64,000 bases of DNA from Candidatus Fermentibacteraceae bacterium (GTDB lineage Bacteria; Fermentibacterota; Fermentibacteria; Fermentibacterales; JCC-6): NCBI GenBank assembly GCA_041750285.1, contig JBGSZS010000004.1, positions 32,001 through 96,000 on the forward strand, written 5' to 3'. Position 1 is the first letter of the stretch. Every line of letters begins with the position of its first letter. The notes beneath the pieces were generated by a model, which searched no databases, had not been told where the DNA came from, and worked only from the letters and a program-made list of their open reading frames with translations. Shown here piece by piece: positions 9,650 to 19,396 of the stretch. Made by a program: the position numbers and the translations under genes.

Positions 9650-10810
9650 CTACAGCTTCACCATCCTGAGGGTGGATGATCCCGAAGCGTCCGTCACTCT
9701 GACCAGGTAGGCTCCCTGGGGAACCTCCGCGGCGTTCCAGACGAGGCTTCCGTTGAAAGGTCCGCTGAGGACCGTCCTGCCCGAGATGTCGAAGATCTGA
9801 ATGGCCGCGGAATCGTACCCGGTGCCTGTGATGACCACCGAGCCCCGGAACGGGTTTTCGCCGGCATGGAGGCTTCTCCCCGGAATGGCTTCCGCGCCCG
9901 CTTCGGTGCCGGTCGCGTTCTGTATCCACATCCAGACGTAACCGTTGTAGTCGCTGGTCAGCATGTCGGGAAGGCCGTCCTCGTTCCAGTCGTCGATCCA
10001 GAGGCGCATACCCGAGTACTTGACTGCGATGGAAGCGTAACCGTTGAACACGGGCGCGTCGTTCGTGCCGATGTTCTCGTAGTAGTAAACGTTGTTGTCG
10101 TTGGCGCCGCAGAGAAGGTCCTTCAGGCCGTCGCCGTTCATGTCGTAGACCTGGGGACAGTTCCTGTAGTGGGTGACGGCGGCCGACCCGTTCTGAACCA
10201 GGCTGTAGGTGCTGAAGACCGGCGCGGAGTCGCCTCCGTCATTGATGTAGACCCTTACGTTCCCGGGGCTCTCGTTGCCCAGGAGCATATCGGGATAACC
10301 GTCCTCGTTCCAGTCCACGATCACGGGAGCCGAGTTTGAGCCCACGTTGATCATGACCCCGGCGCAGTTGATCTTGGGCATCTGCGTAAGCGTGATGGGG
10401 TTGTCGGAGGTTCTGCGGAAGTAGTTGACGTATCCGTTCCTGTCGCCTACTATGATGTCCAGCATTCCGTCGTTGTTCCAATCCACGACCTGTGGATTCG
10501 TTGCCCCCGTGCATCAACCGTATGGCAGCGTGATGGGGCTTCCGTCGGCGTTTATGAGCGTGTAGGAGTTGAAGATCGGGGCCGAATTGGTGCCCTCGTT
10601 CTTGTAGAAACGGATGTTCCCGCTTGCGAACTGCCCCAGCACCAGGTCCTTCAGGCCGTCGCCGTCCCAGTCCACAACGCACGGGGCCGCGTAGTATCCC
10701 ACGTCGATGAACGTCCCCGCGCACATGAGCTGGTAGGACGGCTGCCAGACCGGTGTCCAGGCCATTGCCAGACCAGCGCTCAGAAGCGTCAGCGCTATAA
10801 AACCCTTCAT
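9650..10810 (-). CDS. Secreted FG-GAP/VCBS-repeat protein A with T9SS-type C-terminal domain; in-frame TGA at 10514-10516 (putative selenocysteine), 386 aa if read through
   Basis: Track ORFs 10514..10810 and 9650..10486 are in the same frame, separated only by TGA plus 9 sense codons (YG*CTGATNPQVVDWNNDG); signal peptide upstream, DWxxDGxxD repeats on both sides, CTD (IFDISGR..GAYLVRV). Confidence 0.85.
10480..10498 (-). promoter_or_regulatory. Putative bacterial SECIS hairpin of gene A
   Basis: AATCCAC-AGGTC-GTGGATT; stem starts 15 nt after the TGA. Confidence 0.75.
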
Positions 10811-10842
10811 CTGTCCTCCCTTCTGCAGTACTCCGTAAATGA

Positions 10843-12051
10843 CTAAAGCAGCGTCAGTTTCGTTGCAACCCTCTCATCGGCATGTGAAGCGGTGACAATG
10901 TACACCCCGGCGGGGCTGTTCCCCATGTCGAGAACGCCATCCCCCCCGAAAACCTCCCGCAAACCGGCAACCCTCCGTCCCGAGATGTCGAACACCTCGA
11001 TGCAAGCGGAAAGACCATCGGGAAGCTCAAGCCTGAAGGGAACGCTCCCGGTGCAGGGGCTTCGAAGCAGGGAGAGCGAGAATCCGCCGGTCTGAACGGC
11101 CTCCTCCCCGATGCCTTCGGTGTTCCCGGTGAAAACGTAGATCCAGCCGTTGTTGCAGCCCACCATCAGGTCGGGAACGCCGTCGGCATCGTAGTCGCAG
11201 ACGTGTTCCCTGGCCCGCCCGCCCCCGGAGAAGTTGGTGTAGACGTTTATCGGACCGGCCGTGCACTGCAGGACCGAGTAGCCTGAGAACTGGGGATCGG
11301 CGTTGGTTCCGGTGTTCGGGGCGAAGTAAACCTCCCCCATCTCGTAACCCAGGATGAGGTCCTTTTTGCCGTCGGCGTTCAGGTCGAACGTTTCAGACGT
11401 TGTGCGCCACTTGTTGTAAAGACCAGTGTAGTCGAGATACGCGGCGCTGAACACCGGCGAGTCGGGTTCGTCGCCGACGTTCGGGTACACCCTCAGTATG
11501 CCGCCGTTGGTGGTTTCGGTGAGGTAGCCCGTGAGAAGGAGATCCAGCCTGCCGTCCTCGTTCCAGTCCACGAGGTGCGGTGACGAATTGTAGTTTGTCT
11601 TGATCTCGATGCCCTGGTTGTCAAAAACGTTGCCCACGAAGTGAAGGGTGCCGTCTCCGTTACCGGTGTAAAGCCTCAGGTTGCCGTTGCGCTCCCCGTG
11701 GACAAGGTCGGGCGTGCCGTCGTTGTTCCAATCCACAACCTGTGGATTCGTGCAGCCCGTGCATCAGCCGTAGGAACAGGTGATGTCGGCTCCGTCGGCC
11801 TGGAGGTAGCTGAATGTCGTGAACACGGGGTTCTGGATGGTGCCGGAATTGGGGTAGAACCTGATCTTCCCCTGGCTGAACTGCCCGATGACGAGGTCAT
11901 TCAGACCGTCGCCGTTCCAGTCGGTGAAAACCGGGTCGCAGATTATGTCTGCAACCAGGTTCACACCGTTGGCCTGGATTATGAACGGGGCGTCGAACTG
12001 CGCGGAGGCAAGTGCGGTGAAGACGATCAACGCAAGAACCGGCTTGCTCAT
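10843..12051 (-). CDS. Secreted FG-GAP/VCBS-repeat protein B with T9SS-type C-terminal domain; in-frame TGA at 11764-11766 (putative selenocysteine), 402 aa if read through
   Basis: Track ORFs 11764..12051 and 10843..11736 are in frame (CSYG*CTGCTNPQVVDWNNDG); signal peptide, FG-GAP-like repeats, CTD (VFDISGRRV..GVYIV). Confidence 0.85.
11730..11748 (-). promoter_or_regulatory. Putative bacterial SECIS hairpin of gene B
   Basis: AATCCACA-GGT-TGTGGATT; stem starts 15 nt after the TGA. Confidence 0.75.
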
Positions 12052-12090
12052 GCCTGCCCTTTCGATAACGTTTCCTGAAACTTTGATAAC

Positions 12091-12119
12091 ATTATGACCG
12101 GCCCATGGTTCGGAGTCAA
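12091..12119 (-). promoter_or_regulatory. Putative sigma70 promoter of the FG-GAP gene pair
   Basis: TTGACT-17nt-CATAAT on minus strand, about 40 nt upstream of ATG 12051. Confidence 0.65.
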
Positions 12120-12126
12120 GCGGTGG

Positions 12127-13398
12127 TCAGCCCTTGATCGGAACCTCCGACGACATGTGCACCCTCATGCAGTCCATCATCTTCCGGTGGTCATGGGCGC
12201 CGCTTGTCTCCCTTATTGAGTGCATGGCGAGCATGGGGTTGCCCACGTCTACGGTTGGAATGCCGGTCCGGGAGGCTGTGATCGGACCGATGGTGCTTCC
12301 CGCGAGGGCATCGGTGCGGCCCGTGAACTCCTGGAGAGTAACGCCAGCCTTCCCGGCGCAGCGGGAAAAGTACGCCCCGGTTTCCACACAGGTGGCGTAA
12401 TTCTGCATCACGCTGTACTTCACCGCCGGGCCGCCGTTCAGCCGTGGTCTGGACTGCTGGCTGTGCTTGCCCGCCCAGTCGGGGTGCACCGCGTGCGCGC
12501 AGTCTGCGCTCACCATCACGCTTTTGGTGACGGCCCTGAAGAACTCCTCGCGATTTCCGCTCATGCGCTCGAGAAGTGTTTCGAGGAAGGGACCCGCGGC
12601 TCCCGCCGTGGTCCGGCTGCCCACCTCCTCGTTGTCGAAGAGGATGGCGACAGCGGTGGATTCAGGCTGAGTGACCTGCGCAATGGCGTTCAGTGCGGCG
12701 TGGCAGCTCGCGATGTCGTCGATCCGGGAAGACACCAGGAACTCGCGGTTGACCCCTGCCAGAACAGCCCTCTCGGTGCTGACGAGCTCCGCTGAGAAGA
12801 ACGCCAGGTCGTCAAGGCAAAGCCCCGCGGAATCGGCAACCGCCTTCCTGAAGGCGGGATAGTCATCGACGGTTGCGAAGATCGGGTGCATCTCGCTCTC
12901 CGGATTGGCCCTGAAACCCTTCTTGTTCACTTCCCTGTTGAGATGGATCGCAGGGGAGGCGATCCTCAGAAGGGGTTCCCGTATGCCGTAAAGCACCACT
13001 CTCCCCTCCCGGGTGACGGCTTTTCCCGCCACTCCGAGGTCCCTGTCGAACCATGTGCTGAAGAGAGGCCCACCGTAGACCTCGATTCCCAGTGTCGCAA
13101 GGCCCTCCCTGAAGGAATACGGGGCGCTCTTGAGCTGAAGCCCGGGGGCGTCCGTGTGGGCGCCTGTTATCCTGAATCCCGTTTCGGACGGTTTCGCCGT
13201 CCCCATCACGAATGCGGCCAGCGTCGAGGATGAGTACATGGTGAAGTACCTTCCCCCGGGCTGCAGATTCCATGCATCTTCGGGGTTCACCCTCTCAAAA
13301 CCGTTCCCTGCGAGGAAATCCGCGCTCAGAGAGCCGGTGTGGGAAGATGTGGGGCTTCCGTCGAGGTATTCAAGAAGCGATTCGAGAATGGGTTCCAT
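12127..13398 (-). CDS. M18 family (aspartyl) aminopeptidase
   Basis: GAHTDAP, RIDD, FDNEEVGS, SADCAHAVHP, GSTIGP, LAMHSIRE motifs. Confidence 0.93.
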   Translation of the reverse strand: MEPILESLLEYLDGSPTSSHTGSLSADFLAGNGFERVNPEDAWNLQPGGRYFTMYSSSTLAAFVMGTAKPSETGFRITGAHTDAPGLQLKSAPYSFREGLATLGIEVYGGPLFSTWFDRDLGVAGKAVTREGRVVLYGIREPLLRIASPAIHLNREVNKKGFRANPESEMHPIFATVDDYPAFRKAVADSAGLCLDDLAFFSAELVSTERAVLAGVNREFLVSSRIDDIASCHAALNAIAQVTQPESTAVAILFDNEEVGSRTTAGAAGPFLETLLERMSGNREEFFRAVTKSVMVSADCAHAVHPDWAGKHSQQSRPRLNGGPAVKYSVMQNYATCVETGAYFSRCAGKAGVTLQEFTGRTDALAGSTIGPITASRTGIPTVDVGNPMLAMHSIRETSGAHDHRKMMDCMRVHMSSEVPIKG

Positions 13399-13399
13399 C

Positions 13400-16300
13400 T
13401 CAGTCTCCGTTCCTGTCCGCGTATCTCTTCACCTGAAACATGAAAGCTTCCAACCTTGAGGTGTTGTCGGTGTCTTCCTGGCCGTCGAACGCAAGGTTCA
13501 GCCATGGAAGGTCGGGCCTGTCCCGGCGTATCCGGCGGGAGACCGCCGTCACGACGGTACCGGGAAGGCAGCCGAAGGGCAGGACGTTCACAGCGCCCTG
13601 TATGCCGCCGTGGCCCATCAGGGCAAGGGGCGCGCCAATGCAGAGTATGGCCTCGCCACCGATGTTCTCGGGCATGTAGGGCTCCGCCGCCCTCAGGATG
13701 GCTTCGGCGTTCGCGTGGGGGGTGTCGGCAAGGAGTTTCTCAAAGGGCTTTTCGACGGGTCTTTTCATCATGGCCATGACACCAGCCTTGATCTTTCCCG
13801 TCATCACGCCGCCCTGTCTTCCAAGCCTTTTCGATTTCTCGATGAAGCTGAGGTTCACGAACTCCATCCATTCTGCGATGGGGCTGTATACGACCTCCCC
13901 CCCCAGCTCCTCTATCCTGTCCAGGGTGTTGTCGTTGGCGTATGGATCGTTCCTTATGTAGATCTCGCCGAAGACCGCCACTCTCGGCCTGCGGACGGAG
14001 TCGTCCACAGCTATGGCGCTGAAGGCCCTGGCGGCATCCTGGGCGGCCCTGCCCAGGCTCAGCCCCTTCTCCGCCCTCGCGCAGACCTTCTCGAGCTGCT
14101 CGCCGTAGACCCTGTCCGTCTCGCCGCGTACCCGTTCGTAGGGGCGAACCCTGAAGCGCGCCCTGTAAAGGTTGTCAACAAGGCTGATCCCCTGGTAGAG
14201 CGCTTTCTGCCTGTTGAAACTTGAAAAGCCCTCGACACTCGAATAACTGTCACTGCTGCTCGACGTGACAATTGGAACACCCTCGTAGCCGAGCCGCTTC
14301 AGGATCATCCCGTGGTACTGGCAGTACTGGCCGAACCTGCAGGGACCGCTGGCGGTTCCCATGAAGAATGCCGTATTCTCCGGCGGATTGTCACGAAGTA
14401 TCTCCATCATGCTGCCCGAGGTGATGATGGCCGGGTAGCACTCCCTTCCGCTGGTGACGCTTCTTCCGAGAGCCACTGTGGACGCCGACGTGAGCGGCGA
14501 CACTTTAGCGTCGTGGCCCGCGCTTCTGGCAACGGCAGCCGCCACATGACTGGCGTCGCTCATGTACGGGATCCAGAGGGTCCTTCCCCCGAGTGAGGCT
14601 TCGTGGACGGGGTCTTGCGCCTTTGGCTTGGCGCCGGTGGGTGCCCTTGCGTCAAGGGAATCGAGGAAAGCCTCGCAGCGGGTTATCAGCCCGGCATCGG
14701 CGGCGTGTTCGTCTATCTCTATGCCCAGGTAAGGCTTGTCCCCCATCAGTTCGGTGAAGATGTGCTCGATGAAACTGTCGGGGCCGCAGCCGAAGTTGGA
14801 TATGTACACGGCGTTCAGACGGGGGTCCCTCCGGACCGCGACCGCTGCTGCAAGGATCTTCTGGCCGTACGCCCAGTACATGTTCCCGTGTTCCTTCCAC
14901 ACCTCTTCAAGCGGGAGGTCGAGGAAGTCCATGGGGATGACGAGCGCCCCCAGCCTCGCAAGCTTTTGTGGAAGGTCGGTGTTCACCATGGGATCGTTCC
15001 CGTTGTAGGGTCTGCTGACGACGACGAACGCGCGCCGGCCGCCTATGGATGAAAGGGCCTTCTCGCCCTCCTTCAGAAGCGCCTTTCTGAACCTCTCCTG
15101 CGAGGATGAAGCCTTTCTGGCGGCCCTGGCCGACGTTTCCGCGTCAAAGCCGAGTGAAGACGCCATCTCTATGAGGGGCTTCATCCACTGCCTGCCCGGC
15201 AGGCTGAAATCCAGAACCGGCTTCAGTGTTGCGGGCGTCCTTCTCTCCTTCAGGGAAAGACCGGCATCGAGAAGGTAGGGCGCCGCCTCGACGAAGGGAC
15301 AGTTGTAGCTTTCGGTGAATTCCCCGGCGGCTTTCGAGTTTCTCAGGATGCTGGGGATGAAGAGGTAATCGATACCCATCTCGAGGAGTCTCGCGGTGTG
15401 GCCATGGGCTATCTTCACGGGAAAGCAGGTGTCGGCGGCCGTGCTTTCGACCCCTCTGTGAACCGTTTCCGAATCGGAGGGACCGCTGGTCACCACCCGG
15501 CAACCGAGCTCCCTGAAAAACGTTCCGAAGAAGGGGTAAAGCTCCCAGAACCAGAGGGCTTCGGGAATTCCCACCACGGGACCGTTTGGCTCGAGGTCGG
15601 ATTCCTCGGCGAACTTCCGCAGAAGCTCCCCGCGAATCCCGAAAAGGCTCTCCCCGCCTGTCCTGATCTGGAGGCTTCCGGTTTCGTACTTCTCGCACCT
15701 GCCGCCGTAGTAGAGCTTCCGGCCGTCCTGCAGCGTTACCCTGTGGATCTCGCAGTGGTTGGCGCACGTCTTGCACACGAAGCTGTCCTGATGCCAGGTC
15801 TCACCCGTGAGGGAAAAACCCCTGAAGGAGGATTTCGACGGTTTCATGTCACGGGCGAGAAGCGCGGCTCCAATGGCCCCGGTGACGTCGTGATGGGGCG
15901 GGACCGTCACCGTCCTTTTGCCCAGCACGTGGTTGAAAGCCGCCACGACGCCCTGGTTGAAGGCGGTTCCGCCCTGGAAGAAGATGCGTTTGCCTATGGT
16001 CCGTCTTCCCACGACACGGTGGAGGTAGTTCCTCACCACCGAAACGCAAAGGCCTGCCACGATGTCACGAAGCGGCGTTCCGTCGGACTGGTGGCTCACG
16101 ACGTCGGTTTCCATGAACACCGTGCAGCGCTCTCCCAGCCTGGCCGGTGCGGGCGACTCGAGGGCCAGGGGGCCGAACCCCGTTATGGGGATCCCCAGCT
16201 TCTCCGCCTGTTCCTCAAGAAAGCTTCCGGTACCCGCTGCACAGACCTTGTTCATCTCAAAATCGACGACCCTTCCGTCCTTCAGTGAGATGAACTTCGA

Positions 16301-17539
16301 ATCCTGGCCCCCTATCTCGAAGATCGTGTCCACCCCGGGGTCGATGTGGACTGCGGCCCTTGCCTGTGCGGTTATCTCGTTCCTCACGGTGTCAGCACCC
16401 ACGAAATCGCCGGTCATGTACCTTCCGCTTCCGGTGGTCGCCACTCCGAGAACTTCGGGTGTTTCGGGAAAGTCGGCCAGGATGCGAACGAGCCCGTCCC
16501 GAACCGCTTCGAGAGGCCTTCCCGCAGTGCGGAGGTAAACCCTTGCCACAACGTTCCCATCGGGGTCGACGGCAGCAAGGTTTGTGCTGATGGAGCCCAC
16601 GTCGATCCCCAGGTAGACGCCGTTGCGGGAAGAACCCGCGCAGACGGAGGGGACGGGCTGGATCGCATGGGGGGCCAGCGGGGGGATGGGTTCATCGTCA
16701 TGCCGGGCTGACAGGGCACCGGCGCCGCTCAGGGCAGCTGCGGACAGGAATGCGGTCTCCCTGGTGACGAGCGCGGCTCCCGCGGCCACAAGGACCCTGA
16801 AATGCCCGGGAACGAAAAGGCGCAGCCCGTCTACCGCTTCCTGAAAAGCCCTTACCATTGCGGGGTTGGCCGCCACTCCCCCAACGAATGCCACGGGCCC
16901 GCGGAACTCCCTGCCCGCTGCGATTGTGCTCCTGAAGTTGCGCGCCACGGCGAAGCAGAGACCGGAGGCGATCTCGGTTACGGTGGCCCCGATCTGTTGA
17001 AGGTGGATCATGTCGCTCTTGGCGAAGACGCTGCACCGTCCCGCAATCCTTGGGGGTTTTGCGCAGTTTTCGGCAAGAGCGCCCATCTCCTCGGGTGTCA
17101 GCCCCAGCCTGGCCGCCTGCTGGTCGAGAAAGCTGCCGGTGCCGGCCGCACAGATCGTGTTCGTCGCAAAATCGTCGAACACGGGCCGGGCCTCGCCGTC
17201 ATGCCGGAACTGGAGAAGTTTGGAATCCTGTCCGCCCATCTCCACTACGCTTCCAGCGCCCGGTACGAACTGCCTGACCGCGGCGGCCAGGGCAACGACT
17301 TCGTTAACGGGCTGCACGCCCAGCTCACGTGCGAGACGCTGGGCTCCGCTGCCCGTCAGGGCCGCGGGCATGGTTTCCCACCCTTCGACGGGAGCATTGC
17401 GCAGAAGGGAAATGAGTGCGGCAAGGGGGTCTCCCCTGTGCCTCACGTAACCTTCCTGTATTATCAAACCGCCTTCGAGCACGGCGAACTTGGCGCTCAC
17501 CGAGCCGAGGTCGATACCGATGACCCGGCCGTCCATCAT
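13400..17539 (-). CDS. 2-hydroxyacyl-CoA dehydratase activase-related multidomain protein (two BadF/BcrA-type ATPase modules plus DUF2229-like domains)
   Basis: Duplicated GIDxGS, GGQDSK and CAAGTGSFL motifs; CFPVK, FGCGPDS, GPCRFGQY, PFGCLPG. Confidence 0.9.
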   Translation of the reverse strand: MMDGRVIGIDLGSVSAKFAVLEGGLIIQEGYVRHRGDPLAALISLLRNAPVEGWETMPAALTGSGAQRLARELGVQPVNEVVALAAAVRQFVPGAGSVVEMGGQDSKLLQFRHDGEARPVFDDFATNTICAAGTGSFLDQQAARLGLTPEEMGALAENCAKPPRIAGRCSVFAKSDMIHLQQIGATVTEIASGLCFAVARNFRSTIAAGREFRGPVAFVGGVAANPAMVRAFQEAVDGLRLFVPGHFRVLVAAGAALVTRETAFLSAAALSGAGALSARHDDEPIPPLAPHAIQPVPSVCAGSSRNGVYLGIDVGSISTNLAAVDPDGNVVARVYLRTAGRPLEAVRDGLVRILADFPETPEVLGVATTGSGRYMTGDFVGADTVRNEITAQARAAVHIDPGVDTIFEIGGQDSKFISLKDGRVVDFEMNKVCAAGTGSFLEEQAEKLGIPITGFGPLALESPAPARLGERCTVFMETDVVSHQSDGTPLRDIVAGLCVSVVRNYLHRVVGRRTIGKRIFFQGGTAFNQGVVAAFNHVLGKRTVTVPPHHDVTGAIGAALLARDMKPSKSSFRGFSLTGETWHQDSFVCKTCANHCEIHRVTLQDGRKLYYGGRCEKYETGSLQIRTGGESLFGIRGELLRKFAEESDLEPNGPVVGIPEALWFWELYPFFGTFFRELGCRVVTSGPSDSETVHRGVESTAADTCFPVKIAHGHTARLLEMGIDYLFIPSILRNSKAAGEFTESYNCPFVEAAPYLLDAGLSLKERRTPATLKPVLDFSLPGRQWMKPLIEMASSLGFDAETSARAARKASSSQERFRKALLKEGEKALSSIGGRRAFVVVSRPYNGNDPMVNTDLPQKLARLGALVIPMDFLDLPLEEVWKEHGNMYWAYGQKILAAAVAVRRDPRLNAVYISNFGCGPDSFIEHIFTELMGDKPYLGIEIDEHAADAGLITRCEAFLDSLDARAPTGAKPKAQDPVHEASLGGRTLWIPYMSDASHVAAAVARSAGHDAKVSPLTSASTVALGRSVTSGRECYPAIITSGSMMEILRDNPPENTAFFMGTASGPCRFGQYCQYHGMILKRLGYEGVPIVTSSSSDSYSSVEGFSSFNRQKALYQGISLVDNLYRARFRVRPYERVRGETDRVYGEQLEKVCARAEKGLSLGRAAQDAARAFSAIAVDDSVRRPRVAVFGEIYIRNDPYANDNTLDRIEELGGEVVYSPIAEWMEFVNLSFIEKSKRLGRQGGVMTGKIKAGVMAMMKRPVEKPFEKLLADTPHANAEAILRAAEPYMPENIGGEAILCIGAPLALMGHGGIQGAVNVLPFGCLPGTVVTAVSRRIRRDRPDLPWLNLAFDGQEDTDNTSRLEAFMFQVKRYADRNGD

Positions 17540-17692
17540 GCCTCCAAGGGAAGATGCGAGGCTTGAATATACCCAGGAAAGCTCTCCCCCCGCTACTTTT
17601 CCCGCGAAAAGCCGGAAGCGCTCCCGGGCCCATCACCGCCCGACCTTTTTCATCATATAGTTCAGCAAGCTTAACCTGAAAGGGCGGCCAAG

Positions 17693-19396
17693 ATGAGCTC
17701 AGGGGAAGGGAACTGCAAACCGGTTGTCTACGGTTCCGGCGGCGTCGGGGGAAAAGCCTCGGGCCTTTTTTTCGCCATCAGAACACTGGAGGAATCCAGG
17801 CCCGGCGAGGAGTTCGCCCCGATCCCCGTCTTCGTGCCTTCGTTCCGGGTCATCTCGACCGATTACTTCGATGACTTCATCGAGCGCAACGGCCTTCACG
17901 GTTACGGAACAGCTGCCGAGCCCGATGAGCGGATAGCGTCGGCTTTCATGAAGGGCGACATCTCGCCGGTCCTTCTTGGTGACCTGATGAACTTCATCAA
18001 GGATACGCACACCCCGCTGGCGGTACGCTCCTCGAGCCTTCTCGAAGACGCAAGGAACGAGCCTTTTGCAGGCATCTACCAGACGAAGATGATACCCAAC
18101 AACCAGCCCTCTGACGCCGACAGGTTCAAGAAACTGGTGGAAGCCATCAAGTTCGTCTGGGCGTCCACCTTCTTCCAGGCCGCAAGGGACTATCTGGGCG
18201 CCACCGGCCACACCCCCAACGACGAAAAGATGGCCGTGATCCTTCAGGACGTCGTGGGCCGCCGGTTCGACGAGAGGTTCTATCCCGTGATATCGGGCGT
18301 CTGCCGTTCGTTCAACTACTACGCGTTCGGAAGGGCCAGACCGGCCGACGGGGTGGTCAATCTCGCCCTGGGGCTGGGCAAGTCCATCGTCGAGGGCGAT
18401 CCGACCTGGAGCTACAGCCCGGCATATCCCAGGGTGCACCCCCCGTACGGGAACCTTCGGGACCTGATGAAGTTGACCCAGACTGAGTTCTGGGCCGTGA
18501 ACATGGGCAGGCCTCCCGCCTACGACCCCCTGCTCGAAACCGAGTACATGGTGAAGTGCCAGCTGTCCGATGCCGATTACGACAACACCCTGCGGCCGGT
18601 TGCCTCCACATACGACGCCCCGTCGGACCGTCTCGTGCACGGCGTCCAGGCGCAGGGTCCCAGGGTGGTCACCTTCGATCCCGTACTGAAGGACGGGATG
18701 ATCCCGTTGAACGGAATCCTCAGGCACCTCATGACCCTCTTCGAGGAAAAGTCCGGCTCCCCCGTCGAGATCGAGTTCGCCCTCGAAGGGTACGAGCCCG
18801 GCGCACCCTCGAGGCTCGGCTTTCTCCAGGTTCGCCCCATCGTCGCCACAGACAGCATCGTGGAGATCTCCCCTCAGGAGGAACAGGGCCGGAGACTGCT
18901 GCTGAAAAGCTCGAAGGCCATGGGGAACGGAGAAAGGAACGACATCTCCTGCGTTCTCTACATGAAGCCCGGCGCCTTCGATGCGGCACGTACCCCCCAG
19001 ATTGCAAGGGAGATCTCCGAGATGAACCGGGACCTTTCCAGGGAAGGAAAACCATACGTTCTCATGGGTTTCGGCCGATGGGGAAGCTCCGATCCATGGC
19101 TGGGTGTCGGTGTGACCTGGGGGCAGATCTCTGGCGCAAAGGTGATGGTTGAGATCAGCGGAGGGAAGATGAAGGTCGACCTCAGCCAGGGCTCACACTT
19201 CTTTCACAACCTCACAAGTTTCGGTGTGTCATACTTCTCCGTCAGCGAGGCATTCGACGGCAGCATCGACTGGAACTGGCTTGAGAACAGCGGGAGGACG
19301 ATCGCTGAAACGGCTTACCTGAAATGCGTTGAGCTGGAAGAACCCCTTCTTGTCAAGGTGGATGGACGAAAAGGAAAGGGCGTAATCCTGAAATGA
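17693..19396 (+). CDS. PEP/pyruvate-binding (PPDK_N) domain protein
   Basis: GGKASGL, PLAVRSSSLLED, FAGIY, MAVILQ, GLGKSIV, EIEFA, FLQVRP. Confidence 0.85.
   Translation: MSSGEGNCKPVVYGSGGVGGKASGLFFAIRTLEESRPGEEFAPIPVFVPSFRVISTDYFDDFIERNGLHGYGTAAEPDERIASAFMKGDISPVLLGDLMNFIKDTHTPLAVRSSSLLEDARNEPFAGIYQTKMIPNNQPSDADRFKKLVEAIKFVWASTFFQAARDYLGATGHTPNDEKMAVILQDVVGRRFDERFYPVISGVCRSFNYYAFGRARPADGVVNLALGLGKSIVEGDPTWSYSPAYPRVHPPYGNLRDLMKLTQTEFWAVNMGRPPAYDPLLETEYMVKCQLSDADYDNTLRPVASTYDAPSDRLVHGVQAQGPRVVTFDPVLKDGMIPLNGILRHLMTLFEEKSGSPVEIEFALEGYEPGAPSRLGFLQVRPIVATDSIVEISPQEEQGRRLLLKSSKAMGNGERNDISCVLYMKPGAFDAARTPQIAREISEMNRDLSREGKPYVLMGFGRWGSSDPWLGVGVTWGQISGAKVMVEISGGKMKVDLSQGSHFFHNLTSFGVSYFSVSEAFDGSIDWNWLENSGRTIAETAYLKCVELEEPLLVKVDGRKGKGVILK

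Noticed and set aside
9650..12051. Genome-wide UGA reassignment (code 4 or 25) as the explanation of the in-frame TGAs
   Set aside because: Many conserved genes here (gdh, rocD, murI, smpB, rph) end at TGA at expected lengths, often in ATGA/GTGA overlaps, so TGA is normally a stop
9650..12051. Both FG-GAP genes being nonsense pseudogenes, or four independent genes
   Set aside because: The same stop at the same column in diverged paralogs, no other lesions, and downstream halves that lack a signal peptide and have their start codon buried in a hairpin
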